This document shows, piece after piece, positions 58,101-64,000 of a stretch of DNA of 64,000 bases (position 1 is the stretch's first letter; the number at the start of each line of letters is the position of its first letter). Source of the DNA: Amphiscolops sp. MND2022 (lineage: Eukaryota); the NCBI GenBank assembly GCA_964187785.1, contig OZ076413.1, forward strand, positions 38,254,001 through 38,318,000, given 5' to 3'. The translations under genes were made by a program, and so were the position numbers. Under the pieces are notes generated by a model. It saw only the letters and a list, made by a program, of their open reading frames with translations. It searched no databases and was not told where the DNA came from.

Positions 58101-60293
58101 GAACAATTGTCCAGTTTTACGCAAAGGTTGTATCCTGTCATTGCCTATTTCATCCACAGTGAACCCAGGATCCGCATCCATTTTACCACAATCTCGCCAC
58201 TGTCGGTAGTGCAGCAAACTCTGTTTGCCTGAAGCGATGTGGCTTCAACCGTTCAGAATAGAGTTTTTGTCCTGTATCTAAAAGGTGAAGACGTCCTTCT
58301 TACAAGGTATGAACCACTATGTGAGCTATGTGAGGTCCACACCACGCCCTCGCCACGCCTCAGCTTGGGCGAACCTTTCTGAGGCACATCCAGCAGAATA
58401 GCCAAACCCGGTACGCACGCGCGGTCAACTTTTATTTCCAAAGGATGTGGTGCCGCGCCAATCAATGAATTTCTGCTATGTCAGAGGAATATTTTTTCGG
58501 CTCCTCTGGTCAACAAAAAACGTGAAAAAGCCGTCTGAAAAACAATTTACCCCCTGATCACCCTATCTAGGTGTTCCGATCACAGACCCGCATCCTCTGT
58601 GAACGAAACACGAGAAGCAAGGTTAACAAGGTGCGGTTCTGAGGTCAATCTAGATATGGTCGCTGCGTCATATTCCTTGTGGAAGGCCACAATGAAAAGA
58701 ATTGCAGGGTGGGCTGCCCGATCGGAAGCGACATGAGTACAACGTTGTCTTCTAAGGGCACAGTATGCCCTCGCGGGCGGACGCACTTCCTCCTCGCAAA
58801 CCCATGTGTTCCATCATTCCAAACATTACGCAGAATAGCGGACCCGCGCAGTCTGATCTTGCCGTTTAATCCTTGGTCGGGCACTCCCGAGCAAAAAGGC
58901 ACTTGTCCACAAAGAGAACATGCTTCCATGGGAACTCGAGCTTGACGTGCTGAAGCGAACCGTGCATTGGGTGCGCCCATAACCGACACATTGCATTGCC
59001 CAAAAGTGGTGGTAGCACTCCCTGTGAGATGCCTCGTGGCTCTTTATTGGGTATAAATGGCGGAGGGTTGCTGCGCCTTCGGTCGCTTGCGCTGCAGTTA
59101 GCGCGTGGTGAAGCGCAACTATTCCACCGTTGGAGGCTCAGTGAGTTAAATCAACAGTTCCCGGCGCAATATATGGTCTCTTTAGCATCCGATTGCAATC
59201 AGTTTTAAACGGGCTAGTCATCAAAGTGAAGGCCTTTTCAGGATTATCCCTCAAAGACTCAAATTCGCCTTTAATGATAATATTTTCACACTCTGACTTT
59301 GCGTTTGTGACTATCCTGTCGATGATAATTGGGGTTCGTTACAAAGTAGTCACTGACCACCGTTACAATTTTTAAGAGCCTCTTTCAATTAGCATTAGTC
59401 TTTTTTATCATTTTGCAAAAATCATGAAGACAAAAGCCTGCGGTGTAACTAATGGATGATGGTCACCTTCCCACAAAATGAAAGAAATTTTCGATCTTCC
59501 CCAAGGTAATGAAATAGTTTTCTCAATCCAAATCCATGCTATTGAATGTAATTTTGTTAAACTCGAATAGCAATGAAAGAAAACTAGATCAACTTTCAGC
59601 AAACGCATTGTAGAAAAGTTCTCATAAGGTTGTATATGGGTTAAATATATAAGCCTCAAGCGAATGGTTCCAGTGACTGAATCAAAACCATTCTAATTGA
59701 AAGAAATATGTTTGCAATGAAAGGTCATAGTTTGTGCCGTGGTCATCCCTACTGTCTAGGGAGCTTGAAGAACCGTCCCTAGGACGGGGATGATGGTTGG
59801 AATTGACCGAATTTGGATTCGCAATGGTTTCTACCTTCGGTGTTCCCGCTTAGTCTACTGGACCTTGAGTCCACATTTGTCCCAAACCTTTTGTCCACCG
59901 GCTTTAATTCGAACGCGTTTCCTTTTACCTTGCTAGTTGACTGTATTACTCTAATTGCAAAATTCAGCACCGGTTTACATGACATCATAACTATAATTCA
60001 ACTATTATGAAATAACAGAACTGAAATGAGTGTAATCCTGAATAAATATGGCAAAGTTATGCTTAATGCAAATGAGTTTATAGTTTATGGGACCGGTGGT
60101 CTATCCAGCCTATAATGGCAAAACTTCTGGGGGAATGGGTAGGTTGCTGTGTTCGTTGGGGACAATTTGGTACCTGTTCCCATCGTAGACGGCAGCCTGC
60201 GACAATTTAATTTCATGTGAATGTTTTTGAAACATCGATTGCACTTGAAAGAATCGTTTGACTTTATCACTTTCAATTAATCAATCATTTCAG

Positions 60294-60589
60294 GCTGTGA
60301 AAAACTGGAAGGAGCTCAAATTTCGGTTTGTTTGCACAATGCAAAAAACTGCACAACGTGCGATTCTGTCGGAACAGCACCAAGAGGTGAACGTGTTACT
60401 CTCCTATGCCCTGAGAAACCGAAAGGAAAGTTTCTACAAGTTGGACACATGTTAGGAGACGTGAAATACTGCAACATTCAAGTCTTTGGGGAGTTACCAG
60501 GAGTGTACGATAATACGGATTCTGGTGATTGTATTTCATCTTACAACTTTCTGACCGAGGCTACTTTGGTTGATAAACCTAACTGGTAG
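60294..60589 (+). CDS. Duplicate of the F-type lectin-like exon 42758-43053
   Basis: Same acceptor and frame; one V/L difference. Confidence 0.62.
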
Positions 60590-63500
60590 AGCAGAAGATA
60601 CTAGACGATTTTTTTAAAAAAAAAGAAAACGGTGAGAAAATTTGAGTTCTCAAAACTTCAACAAAACTGCTTCAAAAGACAGAAAATATGCAATTTAACC
60701 TTAGGAATTTTGACCTCAAAACAAAAACTACTGGTGTAACGAATAAAAATTTGAGATACTTTTGCTTTCATGTATAATAAAATTACGAAATGTTGCGCTT
60801 CGAAACTTTTCGTTTGTCAAATTGAGTGTCTTCACGAAACCCAAGTGAATCTTAAATTTAAAACCTGTTTCATTTTAGATAATGACGTGCCGACTTCGAC
60901 AGAATTCTACTTCACGGATGTTTGGCTCGGGACATCTACCGAACAAACTTTTTTCAGATCATTTGTAGGAAAGTAACTTAAATCACAGCTACTATAACTT
61001 GAACTGTCCTTAATTGTTTTTACAACGAGTTTATTTATATTCCCCTCCACGTTTGGATAATAAAAACCTTGATTCTGGTAGTTGAAATTGATTGCAAATA
61101 TTAGAGTTAGACTGGAATGATGTGAAAGAGAACTTCTCTAACAATTCACTTTTTGTCTATACCAAAGAGGTCACAAGTTGGACTAAGTGTCAAAAACGTT
61201 TACGCTCCACTCTGATTGCAAAATTGAAGAGGTGTAATATTTGTACACGGGTGTACACGGGTAATTTTTGTATACTGTTTCAACAGAAAATTTCAGAGGG
61301 TGGACCATTCATAACAAAAGCGCGAATCTGTGATAACTTCCGGAAACTTTTTGTTCAAAAAAGTTGCACAGTGCCAAAATTACCCAAAAATGTAACTCTT
61401 TAGGCTCAAAAAACGCTACGAAAACTTTCAAAAATAGTCGCCATGTTCTGAAAACCTCAAATTTAGTCGCGGGGCTCGAATGCACGTTTACGGATGGAAA
61501 CTCACTCACCACACAAAGAAACTTGCCTTAACTTTCAGGCCAAGTGTATAAAACTTTGCAGCGATTCTAATAGCTAGTGGCGAAAAATGCTGCCAGAAAA
61601 ACAGTATGCTGACATATATTAAAATGAAAACGAAAATGACAACAGGCACAATGACAATGCGGTATTTATTGTATACTGTTACAAAGAAATCGAACTCTAT
61701 CAAACATCAATAAACCGAATATGACCTCAACGAAAAATTACTCCATCGGAAAACTATTTCATGCACAGAGTGTTATACAGTATTCACACCATTTTCACCG
61801 TGGTATGGAATTACTATAGTTTAATTTGAATAGGTAAACAAGCCATGACCGGCCCAAGTGGGCACCATATCTAAGGCTCAAAAATAGCAAAAGGACTTCA
61901 AAGTGGCAAAGTATTTTCTTTTACAGTACTCAAAAAACCCTACAGTTGGAGCGCTAAAAGGGAGGTCCCCCGGCGCGCTAAAAGGGAGGTTCCTTTTCAG
62001 ATTTTTCAAAATCTATTGTTGCAAAACATCCAAAAATTGAAGGAGGGACCCTTTGGGGAAACTTTTTTCAGAAAAATGGTCTCACAATGCCGAAAATAAT
62101 TGAAAGGGTTACCCTCAAGTCTCTCCCGGTATTGTATGTTACGCGGAAAAAGCGGAAAAACCTTTTTTGTTCAGTTCGCTAGGCCAAATGATTCAATTTG
62201 AGATCATAAAATTTTGTAGAACATCTGACTATTTTGAAAAAAAATTTAAAAAGAGTCACTATAATAGCCGCGTTTCACTTCATGAAGCGCCGACTAAAAA
62301 TGGAACTTGAGTGAAAAGGTGTACGTGGCATTCTAGGTGAGAGGGTTGCCAGAGTGAGTTAATCGTATTGCGGATTCTAACGAAATAATTACGACACGTA
62401 AAGACGACGTTATCGAACGTAAAAAAAACATTCACCTAGAGCCGATTAAAATCAAAAACACTGAATGTAACCGTGAAAAAATACGAGCCTGACAAACGTT
62501 TTTGTTTGTGTTTCACACAATGAAAGTTTCTCATCTTTGCGTGCTGGAAAGTAAAACAAAACAGAGGGAGTCGTTTGTTATGAGATTGCAGACGGGATAA
62601 AATGAAATGCGATCATAATTATGTGCTTTCATCTACTAACCTCAAAATGAAAGAGCTTTTTATGAAATACCAATTTTTGATGAGTGAATACTATGAATAA
62701 GGCCCCATTATGTTACCTTCGATTGTGTTATAGACAACTGAAACGATCAATTCAACCATGAACTGAACTACCAAAAAACACACTTCTTATTAACACCAGT
62801 TTTTTACATAGAGTAACATCAAAATGCGACATGAAAATTGTGAAAATTAACATGACAACTTCTGGTAATAAACAGATGTCTGGTTTGTTTTTGGATTGCA
62901 AAAACGACAATTTTTTAAAGAAATAATCTCTGAATGTGTTTGAAAGCGTTGATAAATGAAGTGCCGGACTCTTTTTAGTTTCATCACAATGCAAACTCGG
63001 AACTGATGGTATACGAATCTAAAAGAATTGGAGATACATTGTGAAACACTTACATTGTGAAAATAGGAACAAAAAGGACAGATGGCGGCATTCTAAACTG
63101 TAACAAAACGGAAGAAACTTCCGCCTAAGGTTCAAAAAAGCCTAATTGTTGTGATAAACTTAAAAAATAAGTCATCCATTGCACACCCGGAGTCCTATCT
63201 TTTTAGGCTATTTTCTGAAAGTCCTGCATGCATCATTTTGGGCAACCTCCACGGAGGGTTTTAATGGCCGGTACTGAATGCTGCGGAGTCTCCCTATCGA
63301 GTGAAAGTCTAGTTTTGGGTTTGCTCTTGTTTCACCATCCGAGTGGAAGTGACTGGCTCTGGGCGTGCTCAACTTATGGGAATTATAAAATAAAATAGAG
63401 TCCTAGACTGATTTTTAGTTTTCTTTGGAGTTTTTTTTGGTAAGCAGTGATCAATACTTTGGCTTCGTTTTGCTGGCTTCGATAAACCCCAGGAGGAGTT

Positions 63501-64000
63501 TACTTTCTTTGTCCTCACTTTTGTTTTCCGCATTTTCCGCACTTTTGTTTTCCGCGTTTTTTTATGAATAAAAGAGCCCGACTATTACAGTCACTCGTTT
63601 TTTTCTTTTTTTAAAGACAAACTCGAAGCGACGAACGTTAACATTCAGTATCTTCAACTAAAAGAAACTAAACGAATACCCCGCAAACGCATCTAAGTTA
63701 TTCCAAAGGGTCCCCCCTTTGGTTTTTTACTTTTTTTATTTTCTCCTACGTACTCTTGAAGTATTGTGCTAAGAAAAATACCCCGAGATGTCGCAAAATT
63801 CTGGTTGCTGAGTAGTTTATTCAAAGTGTTTCCGGCACAACTCGACCTGATGAGACCTGGACAACACAAACACCAGAGACTTGTACGTTGAATTTGAGTT
63901 TTAGAGCAGAGTAAAGATGTTCATTTCTTAGTGCTCGAGTAAATAATGATTACCGAACCGGTTAGCGACATACAGAAGTTAAAACTTTCACACGACGATT

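Larger units (their letters stand above)
43672..61205. repeat. Tandem duplication, unit 2
   Basis: Near-identical to 26145-43671, with scattered SNPs, a 9-bp indel, homopolymer indels and one 15-bp substituted patch. Confidence 0.97.

Noticed and set aside
61206-64000. Unique AT-rich tail with short direct repeats (tgtacacggg x2, gcgctaaaagggaggt x2, ttttccgc units) and hydrophobic short ORFs
   Set aside because: The repeats are only two or three copies of 8-16 bp, probably fragments of interspersed repeats. The ORFs reflect AT bias, and I cannot support a gene or element boundary.

Overview
Eukaryotic, animal-like genomic DNA: spliceosomal GT-AG exons plus Ty3/Gypsy, BEL/Pao and EnSpm-like elements, with no prokaryotic operons, rRNA, tRNA or CRISPR. 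The window is a nest of transposons inside a small cluster of F-type-lectin-like exons. (1) 1-22769 (-) is a very large, now defective Gypsy element. It has a long leader and a gag-pol with tandem protease-like domains and a long AT-hook-bearing integrase tail. Two extra downstream ORFs follow, which I read as a degenerate TARG1/Poa1p-type macrodomain protein and a ~1000-aa protein with a degenerate SGNH-like fold. (2) An intact Mag-like Gypsy (7155-13097, LTRs differing at one site) sits inside it, flanked by an anomalous 128-bp duplication. (3) A heavily decayed, diverged relative of the same two-ORF accessory module runs from about 41.6 kb to 25.2 kb (-). It is split by two non-autonomous EnSpm-like elements and by a BEL/Pao element. 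(4) That BEL element carries, between pol and its 3' LTR, an antisense JmjC-domain ORF with an intact HxD...H iron-binding triad. (5) 26145-43671 is tandemly duplicated at 43672-61205. The best candidates for undescribed biology are the JmjC-bearing BEL element and the macrodomain + SGNH-like module of the giant Gypsy family. All domain calls are by-eye motif recognition, not database searches.
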